From positions 1-59,845 of the forward strand of contig JAHDBU010000003.1 in the NCBI GenBank assembly GCA_020630275.1: a DNA stretch of 59,845 bases. Reading direction: 5' to 3'. Shown here piece after piece: positions 1 through 11,984 of the stretch. Every line of letters starts with the position of its first letter. Positions within the stretch are counted from its first letter, which is position 1. The stretch comes from Hellea sp. Lineage in GTDB: Bacteria; Pseudomonadota; Alphaproteobacteria; Caulobacterales; Maricaulaceae. A model generated the notes under the pieces. That model had not been told where the DNA came from. It saw only the letters and a program-made list of their open reading frames with translations, and ran no database searches. Both the position numbers and the translations under genes were made by a program.

Positions 1-182
1 TCGGTCTCACGAATAGCCGCAAACTCAGGGTCTTCGCCTTTATCAATGCCGCCTTGCGGGAACTGCCATTGATAAGGACCTTTTTGCTTGATGCGACGGC
101 CCAGCCATACCTGGCCTTGGGCATTAAAAATGACCATGCCGACGCAAGGACGGTAGAGATGTCTATCAGGTCGGGGTGACAC
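1..182 (-). CDS. rppH: RNA pyrophosphohydrolase (NUDIX hydrolase), N-terminal part; continues beyond the window
   Basis: Hand translation of the minus strand gives (GTG)[59 protein letters not shown], which matches the start of the NUDIX box of RppH. The GTG start at 182..180 abuts the stop of the upstream ORF. Not in the ORF track because it is open-ended. Confidence 0.8.
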   Translation of the reverse strand, partial: MSPRPDRHLYRPCVGMVIFNAQGQVWLGRRIKQKGPYQWQFPQGGIDKGEDPEFAAIRET

Positions 183-1454
183 TTAACGGTTTAAGACATA
201 TGAGGCCGGCGCTAACTCCATGCCTTTCATGTCCAAAGATCCAACCCAGTTCTTCACAGCCATAAAAGTTTCGGGTAGGGCAAAGCCGACTCCGATTTGC
301 GCTGAGCCGGTCGAAGCGGATTCGAGATTGGCGAGATTGGCTTGAATAAGGCCGACATCGGATTGCTCATCAATGATCGCAAAAGCTTTCTGGTAGCGCA
401 TGCCGGACGTCACCGCAGTTGTGGCCAATGTCCCGTCATTATTGGAACCATCATAAATAAAGCCGACACCAGAATTCGTCAGATGCTGCAGGATCGGGAG
501 CAGGGCGCTCTGGCTCTCTATTAATCGTCCACCATTGTAATTCGTCACAGCGAAATAACCTTGGGCGCGGCTCATCAACCAATCCAGGTTACGTATATTC
601 GTCGAGGGCGGCGTATCAACTTTCAAGGCTCGACCAGCACCGGGCTCGGCGGCGTTAAAGTTAAATCCTTCCATTGGAATCTCTATAATCACTTCATGGC
701 CACGTTCTCGGGCCTGATGTACCCAAGTCTGAAGCCCGTTGGTGTGAGCCGCGAAAGATAAAGTCACCTCAGGTGGAAGTTCATTGATAATCCGCCGAGT
801 CAAGTTTCGGTCAATGCCCAGCCCGCCAATAATAATAGCGACTTGTGACTTGCCTGGTGTTGGCGAAAATGACCTTGCATATGCCGTCACAGCTTTATTG
901 CCTGTTGGCGATATAGTCGGGATGGGGCCGTAAGGGCTTGTTCTCGAAATGTCCGCAAACGGTGCACGCGGGAGAGCCGCCGTCGGGAAGGATCCTCCTG
1001 CAATAGGTTTACCATCAATCATGATGGTCTTTGGACCGGTTGGTGAAATGGGTTGAATATTAGCTATTGTTTCGACAGGGGCAGTTTGCGGCTGAGGATT
1101 GCTGCCTGCCAATCCAAGCGTAACTTCAGTCCCAATGGGATTGCCTAGCGCATCGGTGAGTTCAGTTGGGTTAGCCCCGTCCGGAACTTCGCCGTCGAGC
1201 AGGTCAGGTAAGTCCGTCCCGTTGCCTGCGAGATTGTCCGATGCTGCTGGTAGTGGTGCTTTTTCAATCTCAACGGTTCCGGTCGCAATCGCGTCGCCCT
1301 CATTGCCAACAAATTTATAGCTGACGAAAAAGACCGAGAAGGCCAGTAAGAAAAAGAAGAGGGCGCGAAAGGCATGGCTTTTCACTGATGGACGACGAGA
1401 TTCACGTCGTTTCACATAGGTGACTGAACCTTTCTGAAATGTCTCGTCTGACAT
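183..1454 (-). CDS. Divergent polysaccharide deacetylase family protein (YibQ-like), N-terminally membrane anchored
   Basis: 423 aa with an N-terminal TM segment (FRALFFFLLAFSVFFVSYKF), a Pro/Thr-rich linker and a C-terminal domain (IIIGGLGIDRNLT..EVTLSFAAH..HEVIIEIPMEG). It sits in the canonical alphaproteobacterial position between ctpA and rppH. GAAGGG RBS upstream. Confidence 0.7.
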   Translation of the reverse strand: MSDETFQKGSVTYVKRRESRRPSVKSHAFRALFFFLLAFSVFFVSYKFVGNEGDAIATGTVEIEKAPLPAASDNLAGNGTDLPDLLDGEVPDGANPTELTDALGNPIGTEVTLGLAGSNPQPQTAPVETIANIQPISPTGPKTIMIDGKPIAGGSFPTAALPRAPFADISRTSPYGPIPTISPTGNKAVTAYARSFSPTPGKSQVAIIIGGLGIDRNLTRRIINELPPEVTLSFAAHTNGLQTWVHQARERGHEVIIEIPMEGFNFNAAEPGAGRALKVDTPPSTNIRNLDWLMSRAQGYFAVTNYNGGRLIESQSALLPILQHLTNSGVGFIYDGSNNDGTLATTAVTSGMRYQKAFAIIDEQSDVGLIQANLANLESASTGSAQIGVGFALPETFMAVKNWVGSLDMKGMELAPASYVLNR

Positions 1455-1521
1455 ATTTGCCCTTCGATATTTGCAAGAATTTATGGTTTATAGCCCGTTA
1501 ACCCTAAATAGCTCGTAAATA

Positions 1522-2853
1522 TTACCGATATCGTATGAGTGTGTTTTTAGCGGAAAGCTGCGATTTTAAATTTGGGCTTTTGACCAATTCGATCGCTTTG
1601 GACAACTGGAAATCTTCGTCGTCGGGCCAGCTTTCCGAGGGGAAAACCATTGCATCAAAATCTTCTTCCTCGACGTCCATTTCCTTACCCAGAGAGTTTT
1701 TAAGATCAGACTCACGGAACCGCTTGCGAGTCGTTTCGCTTTCCGGTCGGGCTGAAACCAGGACATCCGGCATAATACCCAGCCCTTGGATGGACCGTCC
1801 AGATGGCGTGTAATAGCGCTCGGTTGTCAGTCTTAGAGCACCTTCAGATTTTACATTCATAATGGATTGGACCGAGCCTTTGCCAAAAGAGCGACGCCCC
1901 ACGACTAACGCTCTGTTACGATCTTGAAGTGCCCCAGCAATGATTTCCGCGGCAGAGGCCGATTGGCTGTTGATGAGTACGACAATAGGGACTTCAGGGA
2001 TGAGCTCGCCTTGGTCCGCATGATAGCGCTTGGTAAATGTCTTGTCGCGCCCACTGGAGGAGAAGACCTCGCCCCCGTCCAGAAAGTAGCCCGTGACGTT
2101 CACCACTTGATCGACGCGACCACCAGGGTTGCTACGTACATCAATGATCAAACCAGGCAGCCTTCCGCCAAGTTCGGACTTCAATTCTTCAACGGCTGTT
2201 TTCACATCATCAGTCAAGCGTGGGTGGTTGAAAGACTCGATATAAATATATCCAACACCTTCCTCGACACGGTGACGGACCGCGCGCCCTAAAATTTTCT
2301 CACGAATAACTGTGACCTCTCGGGTCGTGTTATCGGCTGACAGAACAGTAACATTGATCGGGTCACCGGCAAGGCCCCGCATACCGTCAACGGCGTCATT
2401 CAGCGTTTTGCCGAGGACTTTCTCACCCTCGACGGCCGTAATAAAATCACCACGTTTAATGCCTTGTTTCGCGGCTGGACCGTCTGGGATGACATAATTC
2501 ACCTTTACCAGACCGCTTTCCAAGGTAACCTCAATTCCAAGGCCGCCATATTCGCGGCGTGCATTTTTTTGACGTTCTTGATGATCTTCTGCGGGCAAAT
2601 AAGAAGAGTGAGGATCAAGAGAACTCAGAGCCCCGTTGAGCGCTCCGTCAATCAAGTCCTCGTCAGAGATATCTTCCACATAATTGTCTCGCACCATGGC
2701 AAAGACTTCGGCAAACAAATCCAATTGTTTGCGCATCTCTACATCTTCAGCAGCCTGGTTGTCTTGGGCAAACGCAGGAGCACCCCATAGCGGCACAGAG
2801 CTAAGCGCAGTGGCAAGTGATAAAGCCAGACAAAAGCGGGAAAGAATCTTCAT
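1522..2853 (-). CDS. ctpA: S41 family carboxy-terminal processing peptidase (paralog 2 of a tandem pair)
   Basis: 443 aa with a signal peptide (..GAPAFAQD), a PDZ-like segment (GIEVT..GLVKV..PDGPAAKQGIKRGDFI) and an S41 core (DVRSNPGG, LINSQSASAAEI, GRRSFGKGSVQ). Confidence 0.9.
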   Translation of the reverse strand: MKILSRFCLALSLATALSSVPLWGAPAFAQDNQAAEDVEMRKQLDLFAEVFAMVRDNYVEDISDEDLIDGALNGALSSLDPHSSYLPAEDHQERQKNARREYGGLGIEVTLESGLVKVNYVIPDGPAAKQGIKRGDFITAVEGEKVLGKTLNDAVDGMRGLAGDPINVTVLSADNTTREVTVIREKILGRAVRHRVEEGVGYIYIESFNHPRLTDDVKTAVEELKSELGGRLPGLIIDVRSNPGGRVDQVVNVTGYFLDGGEVFSSSGRDKTFTKRYHADQGELIPEVPIVVLINSQSASAAEIIAGALQDRNRALVVGRRSFGKGSVQSIMNVKSEGALRLTTERYYTPSGRSIQGLGIMPDVLVSARPESETTRKRFRESDLKNSLGKEMDVEEEDFDAMVFPSESWPDDEDFQLSKAIELVKSPNLKSQLSAKNTLIRYR

Positions 2854-2871
2854 AATGGCTCGTTAATGGAT

Positions 2872-4182
2872 TTACTGCAGTTCGGCCAGCTTGGTTTTGT
2901 AACTTCCATCTTTCAGGATTTGGATTGCCCGATCAAGTTGATAGTCACCGTCTTCGTCAAACCCTTCCGGTGGATATTCGATTTTGATCTCGACCTCGGC
3001 GTCTTCAGTCGCCAATTCGTTTTGAATGGAATTTGGCAAATCAGACTCTGACAAGCGATGGTTATCTTTTCCGTCATCCGCAGAGGCGGCCACTGAAATA
3101 TCCGGTGTTATGCCTGTACCCTGAATAGAACGGCCTGACGGCGTATAATAACGTTGTGTTGTCAGACGCAGCGCGCCGTCTCGGCCGCCCCGTAAAGGGA
3201 CAACAGCTTGCACCGAACCTTTACCAAAGGATGTCATGCCCAGGACAATACCGCGGTTGCGGTCCTGAACAGCTCCGGCCACGATTTCAGAGGCCGACGC
3301 AGATGCGCCGTCAATAAGCACCACCAAAGGTACGCCTTTAACAAGCTCACCGTTTTTGGCCGACAATCTTGTCACGTCATCAGCGCGTCGTCCCCGTGTG
3401 GAGACAACTTCGCCGCCATCCAGAAATGCGCTACTGACCTTGACCGACTGGTCCAGCAATCCGCCAGGATTACCGCGCAGATCTAGAACGATGCCCGGGA
3501 TATTGCCGTTAAATTCTTTCTTGAGCGCTTTGACAGCACCTTCAAGCGTTTCGTAAGTCTGTTCATTGAATTGTGGGATACGTAGATAGCCGACGCCGTC
3601 TTTGACTTCCCATTTGGTTTTGCGGGATTTGATAACAGCCCGGACCAGGTCAAACTCAAGCGGATCTTCTTCTCCGCGAATAACCGTAATGGTGATCGGC
3701 TCACCGGGTTTTCCGCGCATGCGATCAACGGCTTCATTCAGAGAAACGCCCAATATGCTCTCACCGTCGATTTCAGTGATATAGTCACCAGCCTTAATGC
3801 CGGCATCTTTGGCGGGGCTGTCATCAATGGGCGCTACGACCTTAACGACGCCACTCTCAGTCGTGACTTCCATACCCAATCCGCCATATTCGCCACTCGT
3901 CGTCGTTTGCATACGCTTGAAAGCTTCGGGATTGATATAGCTGGAGTGCGGGTCCAGAGATTGCAACATGCCGTTCAGTGCGCCTTCGATCAGCTCAGCG
4001 TCATCGACATCGACCACATATTCCGTTCGAACTCGAGCCAAAACGTCCGCAAACAGCTCTAATTGCTTGAATGTGTCAACTCGAGACGAGGTATCTTTGG
4101 CATTGGCCGTATAGGACACGGAAGAGAAGGCAAAAAGACCTGTCGCAGCAATCGCGCCGAGAGTCGGCAAAATATATTTCAT
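2872..4182 (-). CDS. ctpA: S41 family carboxy-terminal processing peptidase (paralog 1 of a tandem pair)
   Basis: 436 aa with a signal peptide, the same PDZ plus S41 motifs (DLRGNPGG, LIDGASASASEI, GMTSFGKGSVQ) and a GGAGA RBS. Collinear homology with the adjacent 443-aa ORF. Confidence 0.9.
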   Translation of the reverse strand: MKYILPTLGAIAATGLFAFSSVSYTANAKDTSSRVDTFKQLELFADVLARVRTEYVVDVDDAELIEGALNGMLQSLDPHSSYINPEAFKRMQTTTSGEYGGLGMEVTTESGVVKVVAPIDDSPAKDAGIKAGDYITEIDGESILGVSLNEAVDRMRGKPGEPITITVIRGEEDPLEFDLVRAVIKSRKTKWEVKDGVGYLRIPQFNEQTYETLEGAVKALKKEFNGNIPGIVLDLRGNPGGLLDQSVKVSSAFLDGGEVVSTRGRRADDVTRLSAKNGELVKGVPLVVLIDGASASASEIVAGAVQDRNRGIVLGMTSFGKGSVQAVVPLRGGRDGALRLTTQRYYTPSGRSIQGTGITPDISVAASADDGKDNHRLSESDLPNSIQNELATEDAEVEIKIEYPPEGFDEDGDYQLDRAIQILKDGSYKTKLAELQ

Positions 4183-4240
4183 TTATGTTCTCCTTGCTTC
4201 GCAGCTTATCGGTCAAATCCTGCCCATGCCAGCGAAAATG

Positions 4241-5452
4241 TTAGCCTGTTTCAGGTTTTGCAAACTTAGTGCCGAACCAGGGCGTTGGGTTGACTGTAGA
4301 GCCGTTTTTCCTGACTTCGATATACAAATTTTCGTTAGATGCCGAATTAACAGGCAGTAATCCTACAGGATCGCCTGCTGAAACCTGCGAATCTGTTTGA
4401 ACCAACACTTTCCCTAAGCCTGTTAACAGCACATAATATCCGTCATCCACATTGAGAATGACCACTTGGTCGTAGTTTTTAAACGGACCAGCAAATTCGA
4501 CGCGACCGGCTGCCGGAGCCCAGACCTGCGTCCCGTTACGTGCGGATACGGAAATGCCCGGATGGTCGCTGGAGTAGCGTTTAGAGAGCTTACCGACCAC
4601 GGGCGTATGCAGCCGCCCTTTAGAAGACGAAAACCTCAGCGCGCCCGTTGGTAAACTTACCGGGGCAGAGGACAAACCACCTGAGCTTGTTTCTGGTTCA
4701 TCCTCAACGGCATCTGGATCTGGTTTGATACGCGGCACAATTTCGCGGGATTTGCGTTCTAGGGCCGAAATTAAGTCCTGCAGATCCTGCGCTTGGGCCG
4801 CAAGGGCTAGCCTTCGGGTTTTGGCGGCCTCGAAATCAGCACTGAGGGATTTCTCTAGCGCGTTTTTCTCACTGACTTTGCTCTGTATTTGCGACTGCCG
4901 TTTGGACATGGCGGATTTATTGCTGGCAAGCGCTGTTTTTTCGACCGTAATTTGTTCCCGCAACTCATTCACAGCCGCGAGCTCTTTATTCAGCACGGCG
5001 ACCCGGTCCTTGAGTTGGAGGGTCAGACCCCGCATCAAAAGACCGGCGCGGGAGGCATTGGCCGCATCTGTCGGACTGGCCGCCAAGGCCGGGGGTGGAT
5101 TGTTTTCGATCCGCTGCAAGGCAGAGAGCAGATTGGTCACCGAGGCCTTGCGGTCGGTGATAGTCGCTTCGGTCACTATTTTTTGGGCCTCGAGCTCAGC
5201 AATATTCTCGGCCAGTTTCCGGTCTTCGGCTTCTAGTTTCGCCAACCTCCCAGACATAGTTCGGACCTCTTTTGATAGAGAAGAGATTTCCTTTTTGACT
5301 TTATCCTGCTTGGCTTTAATTGCGGCTTCACGCGCCTCCTCGGCTGCAGCCTGGTTTTTTAAATCTTCCAGATGGGACGGATCTACATCCTGCGCACTGG
5401 CCACACCGGAGGCCAGCCCATAGAATACAAAGATGAAAAGGGATCGCCACAT
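4241..5452 (-). CDS. Murein hydrolase activator EnvC-like / M23 (LytM) peptidase family protein
   Basis: 403 aa with a signal peptide, a long coiled-coil region rich in A/E/K/L, and a C-terminal LytM-type domain (GISVSARNGTQVWAPAAGRVEFAGPFKNYDQVVILN..GYYVLLTGL..GDPVG). Confidence 0.8.
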   Translation of the reverse strand: MWRSLFIFVFYGLASGVASAQDVDPSHLEDLKNQAAAEEAREAAIKAKQDKVKKEISSLSKEVRTMSGRLAKLEAEDRKLAENIAELEAQKIVTEATITDRKASVTNLLSALQRIENNPPPALAASPTDAANASRAGLLMRGLTLQLKDRVAVLNKELAAVNELREQITVEKTALASNKSAMSKRQSQIQSKVSEKNALEKSLSADFEAAKTRRLALAAQAQDLQDLISALERKSREIVPRIKPDPDAVEDEPETSSGGLSSAPVSLPTGALRFSSSKGRLHTPVVGKLSKRYSSDHPGISVSARNGTQVWAPAAGRVEFAGPFKNYDQVVILNVDDGYYVLLTGLGKVLVQTDSQVSAGDPVGLLPVNSASNENLYIEVRKNGSTVNPTPWFGTKFAKPETG

Positions 5453-5489
5453 AACCTGTTCGCGCTAAATCAATCTCATGATCAGAGAA

Positions 5490-5960
5490 TCAGTCGCGAT
5501 GATAAGGGGTTCCGGCCAAAATGGATAGGGCGCGGTACATTTGTTCCGCAGCCATCACCCTTACCAATTTATGGGGCCAGGTCTGTTGACCAAAGGACCA
5601 TTTGATTGCCCCCCGCGGAATATCACCGGGTTCAAACCCATCCGCTGCGCCAATGGCGAAGATGAAACTATCTATGCCGTCTGCCTGCGCGTTGCTGATT
5701 TGGTTGGCGATCTGGCGGGACGTCACGCTTTTACCGCGTTCATCCAGGACAACCAGCTTTGAACTTGATGATAGGCCTGACAGGATTTTTTGGGTTTCCT
5801 CTGACCGGGATTTGCATTTCTTGACATCAATCTCGTATTCGGAAACTGAATGCAGACCGCACCGGGCCGTCAGACCATTGGCACGTTTCAAATAGTCATC
5901 GACCAGATCACGTTCCGGGCCGGAGCGCATCGACCCACCGGCGCGGATTATCAGCTTCAT
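5490..5960 (-). CDS. rlmH: 23S rRNA (pseudouridine1915-N3)-methyltransferase
   Basis: 156 aa SPOUT fold. The C-terminal motif ..WSFGQQTWPHKLVRVMAAEQMYRALSILAGTPYHR is typical of RlmH. 4-nt overlap with rsfS. Confidence 0.9.
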   Translation of the reverse strand: MKLIIRAGGSMRSGPERDLVDDYLKRANGLTARCGLHSVSEYEIDVKKCKSRSEETQKILSGLSSSSKLVVLDERGKSVTSRQIANQISNAQADGIDSFIFAIGAADGFEPGDIPRGAIKWSFGQQTWPHKLVRVMAAEQMYRALSILAGTPYHRD

Positions 5961-6361
5961 TCAGGTTGGAAAGATTCGCCTGCCTGCTGAACGGCTTCGG
6001 GCAGGGGAACAGACCAGATTTTTTCCAGATTATAAAAGGCGCGCACCTCGGGGCGGAATATATGCAGAATAACGTCGCCAATATCCACGAGGACCCAGTC
6101 ATTACCTGTCTGGCCTTCGACACCCAAAGGTATATGTCCTTCTGCCTTGAGCTCTTTCAAGACATAGTCAGCCAGCGCACCAACATGACGGTTGGAGCGG
6201 CCACAGGTCACGATCATCACATCAGCCACAGAGGACTTGCCTTTGATATCAATCTTGATGGTGTCTTGAGCTGAGTTTTCGTCCAGGACTTTCAGGACGA
6301 GTTCCGTGACGATCCGGGTTTGGTCATCTTCGGTAAGTTCCTTTTTGGAACTTGCGGGCAT
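5957..6361 (-). CDS. rsfS: Ribosome silencing factor
   Basis: 134 aa; motifs DIKGKSSVADVMIVTCGRSNRHVGALADYV and WVLVDIGDVILHIFRPEVRAFYNLEKIW; conserved nadD-rsfS-rlmH order. Confidence 0.9.
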   Translation of the reverse strand: MPASSKKELTEDDQTRIVTELVLKVLDENSAQDTIKIDIKGKSSVADVMIVTCGRSNRHVGALADYVLKELKAEGHIPLGVEGQTGNDWVLVDIGDVILHIFRPEVRAFYNLEKIWSVPLPEAVQQAGESFQPE

Positions 6362-6439
6362 TGTTTTAGTCAGGATTTATCTCCATTATGTCTGACAGGA
6401 CCATGGTAACATGGAAAAATTTACAAATCTACTACCGTT

Positions 6440-7027
6440 CTACTTTGTCTTTCGCGCCGCGCGAATAGCCGACGATGACTGAGAATTCATAGGCGGGGTC
6501 AGATAGCACCAGGCGGGCGCTTCACAATATTTCAGGATATCTGCCCGCGCCTCTGGCAGACGGTAATCCCTATAGATTTGCGCCGCTTTGCCGGTTCGGG
6601 CCCGGATAGCAGAATAATTCTTTCCTGGTCTGGCGATGATGGCAATGGGCACAGTTTCTACGATAGACCGCCAATTCTTCCACTGGGGGAGTTGCAGGAA
6701 ATTATCCGCGCCCATTAAAAAGACGAAATTGGTTTTGGGCCATTTCTGCCGCGCCAACTGCAGCGTATCTACCGTATATTGCGTACCAAATGCGACCTCC
6801 ATGTGGGAAATGCGCATGGAATAGGGTAGGCCGAGCGCCCGCACTGTATCAACGCGACTTTCATAGCTGGGCTGCTCCGGCTTGAGAGGGTTTTGCGGGC
6901 TGACCATCCACCAAATTTGATCCAGATCCAGAGCGCGCAATGCCGTATTGGCGACATGCATATGCCCGTCATGGGCCGGGTTAAAAGAGCCGCCAAACAG
7001 GCCTATGGAAAGACCTTCATAGTTCAT
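6440..7027 (-). CDS. nadD: Nicotinate-nucleotide adenylyltransferase
   Basis: 195 aa; GLFGGSFNPAHDGH nucleotidyltransferase motif and a C-terminal ISSSAIR-like motif (SSSAIRA); 4-nt overlap with proA. Confidence 0.9.
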   Translation of the reverse strand: MNYEGLSIGLFGGSFNPAHDGHMHVANTALRALDLDQIWWMVSPQNPLKPEQPSYESRVDTVRALGLPYSMRISHMEVAFGTQYTVDTLQLARQKWPKTNFVFLMGADNFLQLPQWKNWRSIVETVPIAIIARPGKNYSAIRARTGKAAQIYRDYRLPEARADILKYCEAPAWCYLTPPMNSQSSSAIRAARKTK

Positions 7028-8291
7028 TTGGGGCGAATATGTCCCTGGCCGTGGACCAGATATTTATAAGTGGTGAGATGCTCGGCGCCAACGGGCCCGC
7101 GGGCATGTAAACGGCCTGTCGAAATGCCGATTTCGGCACCAAACCCAAATTCGCCGCCATCGGCAAATTGGGTTGAGGCGTTATGGACGACGATAGCGCT
7201 ATCGACGGCCTGATGGAAATAGTCAGCCGCATCCTGATTTTCAGTGATGATTGCGTCCGTGTGGCCGCTGCCATAGTGGCTGATGTGATCGATGGCCGCT
7301 TGGAGGTCATCAACAATTTTCACATTGATAATCGCCGCCAGATACTCGGTAAAATAATCGTCCTCTGTGGCCGGTTTGACGGAGGTGTGATAGCTTTGCG
7401 TCGCTTCATCACCTCGAACCTCGCATCCATTTTTCGTCAATGTTTCAATCATTTGCGGCAGAAACTTCGTAGCAATCGCAGCATCAACCAAAAGCGTTTC
7501 CGTCGAGCCACATACGCCGGTGCGGCGCAGCTTGGCATTCATGACGATTTCCTTGGCCATATCCAGATTAGCGTCCGTATGGACATAGCTATGGCAAAGC
7601 CCTTCGAGGTGGGCGAGCACTGGCACGCGGGCATCGCTTTGCACCCGGGCAATCAGGCTTTTCCCGCCCCGGGGAATGATCATATCGACCGTATTATCAA
7701 GCCCGGACAAGAGATGACCAACGGCGGAACGGTCTGTTGTGGGGATGAGTTGAATAGAGCTTTCTGGCAATGCGGATGATTGCAGGGCTGAAACAATAGC
7801 GCGGTGTATGGCCTGATTGGAGTGAAAGGCTTCGGATCCCCCGCGCAGGATACAAGCATTCCCGGATTTGAGACAGAGAGCGCCTGCGTCTGCCGTTACA
7901 TTAGGGCGGCTTTCATAGATCATGCCGATCACGCCAATAGGGATTTTTACCTTGGAAAAGCTTAGCCCGTTCGGCTGTTCCCATTCTTTCTCGACGAGGC
8001 CAACCGGGTCATCCATGGCGGCAATGGCTTCGATACTGCTGGCAATGCCTTCGATCCGGTCTTGATTGAGTGCCAGACGGTCGAGCATAGCCGCAGAGAG
8101 GTCTTTCGCTTTGCCGTTTTCCAGGTCTTCGGCATTGGCCTTGAGAATGGCGTCAGACTGCGACCGGATTTCATCGGCTATTCGCTGGAGAGCATCGGAT
8201 TTGTCCGCCGCACTGGCTAACCCTAAAGCGCGCGCGGCAGCCCGGGCACTTTTCCCGATTATTTTCAATTGGTTATGAAGATTATCTGACA

Positions 8292-8292
<1 letters not shown>
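7024..8292 (-). CDS. proA: Glutamate-5-semialdehyde dehydrogenase
   Basis: 422 aa, collinear with ProA (..NACILRGGSEA.., ..VCGSTETLLV.., ..HGSGHTDAIIT..). Its start overlaps the proB stop (TAATG). Confidence 0.95.
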
Positions 8293-11082
<2,790 letters not shown>

Positions 11083-11100
11083 TTCCGGCTCCATGCAGGG

Positions 11101-11133
11101 AAAAAAGAAGGGAAACCGGCGATCCGATTTCCC
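11101..11133 (-). terminator. Rho-independent terminator/attenuator after rpmA
   Basis: The minus-strand transcript reads GGGAAAUCGG-AUCG-CCGGUUUCCC (10 bp with one G-U) followed by UUCUUUUUU. It lies between the rpmA stop and the GNAT start. Confidence 0.7.
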
Positions 11134-11176
11134 TGCATTATCAGATCGCTGTTGCGACCTGTCTATATTGGGGTCG

Positions 11177-11446
11177 CTATTCTGCGGCGTCCGCGAGCGG
11201 GGCTACAGATACGTAAGTTCGTTTGTTGCGTTTCGTCGCGAACTGCACCTTGCCTTCGGTCAGAGCATAAATCGTATGGTCTTTGCCCATACCGACATTT
11301 GTGCCTGGAAAGAACTTGGTACCGCGCTGGCGTACAATAATATTTCCTGGGATGACGGCTTGGCCGCCGAATTTCTTTACGCCGAGGCGTCGGCCAGCAC
11401 TATCGCGACCGTTATTGGATGAACCACCTGCTTTTTTATGTGCCAT
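11177..11446 (-). CDS. rpmA: 50S ribosomal protein L27
   Basis: 89 aa; [29 protein letters not shown].. is the hallmark L27 N-terminus. Confidence 0.97.
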   Translation of the reverse strand: MAHKKAGGSSNNGRDSAGRRLGVKKFGGQAVIPGNIIVRQRGTKFFPGTNVGMGKDHTIYALTEGKVQFATKRNKRTYVSVAPLADAAE

Positions 11447-11457
11447 CTCTAGTCTCC

Positions 11458-11769
11458 TTAGCCTTTAATCGCCGTAATTTTGACGACCGTCTCATTTTGG
11501 CGGTGACCGCGCTTACGACGATAAGTCTGACGACGCTTTTTCTTGAAGACAAGAACCTTGTCGCCTTTGCGTTGTTCGAGAACTTCGCCTTTTACTTCTG
11601 CCCCTTTAACGAGAGGCTCTCCGATTTTGACCTTGGCGCCTTCGCCACAGGCCAATATATCCTTAAAGGAAACGGTCTTTCCCTCTTCAGCGTCAAGTTT
11701 CTCAACGATGATGATATCGTCCTTAGCAACTTTATACTGTTTACCGCCGGTCTGAATGACTGCAAACAT
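11458..11769 (-). CDS. rplU: 50S ribosomal protein L21
   Basis: [14 protein letters not shown].. is the canonical L21 start, and AAGGA lies upstream of the ATG at 11769. The track ORF begins 10 codons earlier at 11799. Confidence 0.95.
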   Translation of the reverse strand: MFAVIQTGGKQYKVAKDDIIIVEKLDAEEGKTVSFKDILACGEGAKVKIGEPLVKGAEVKGEVLEQRKGDKVLVFKKKRRQTYRRKRGHRQNETVVKITAIKG

Positions 11770-11811
11770 TTGTTTTTCCTTATCTTTTTGCGCGCCCAAT
11801 GGGAACGCTTG

Positions 11812-11859
11812 AAAAAATTGAGGCCGCCTAGATGTGCCATATTACACGAGTCAGCGGCC
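11812..11859 (-). promoter_or_regulatory. Possible rplU 5' leader stem-loop (attenuator-like)
   Basis: In the minus-strand leader, GGCCGC...GCGGCC closes an imperfect hairpin of about 38 nt followed by UCAAUUUUUU. It lies between the predicted promoter and the rplU start. Confidence 0.3.
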
Positions 11860-11871
11860 AATTCGTCGGTC

Positions 11872-11899
11872 TATATACAGAGCGGGTCTGTAAAGTCAA
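11872..11899 (-). promoter_or_regulatory. Candidate sigma70-type promoter for rplU-rpmA
   Basis: The minus strand reads TTGACT-N16-TATATA about 100 nt upstream of the rplU ATG and downstream of the giant-gene terminator. Confidence 0.45.
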
Positions 11900-11936
11900 C
11901 GGTTCCGAAAATTATCCTGAAAATAGTTCTTCCAAG

Positions 11937-11961
11937 AAAAAACCCGCGCTCAAGGCGCGGG
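11937..11961 (-). terminator. Rho-independent terminator of the giant repeat gene
   Basis: The minus-strand transcript reads CCCGCGC-CUUGA-GCGCGGG followed by UUUUUU, about 25 nt after the TAA at 11985. Confidence 0.75.
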
Positions 11962-11984
11962 CTGAAACTTAATCTGGTTTGGTC

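Noticed and set aside
4725-5423. 232-aa plus-strand ORF antisense to the EnvC-like gene. Similar long antisense or alternative-frame ORFs occur at 7183..7779, 22799..23275, 26123..26656, 33813..34238, 51140..51646, 53622..54326 and 54671..55147.
   Set aside because: Each lies wholly inside a well-supported gene with family motifs. Their products are Ser/Ala/Arg-rich low-complexity sequences, and none has a recognisable RBS or domain.
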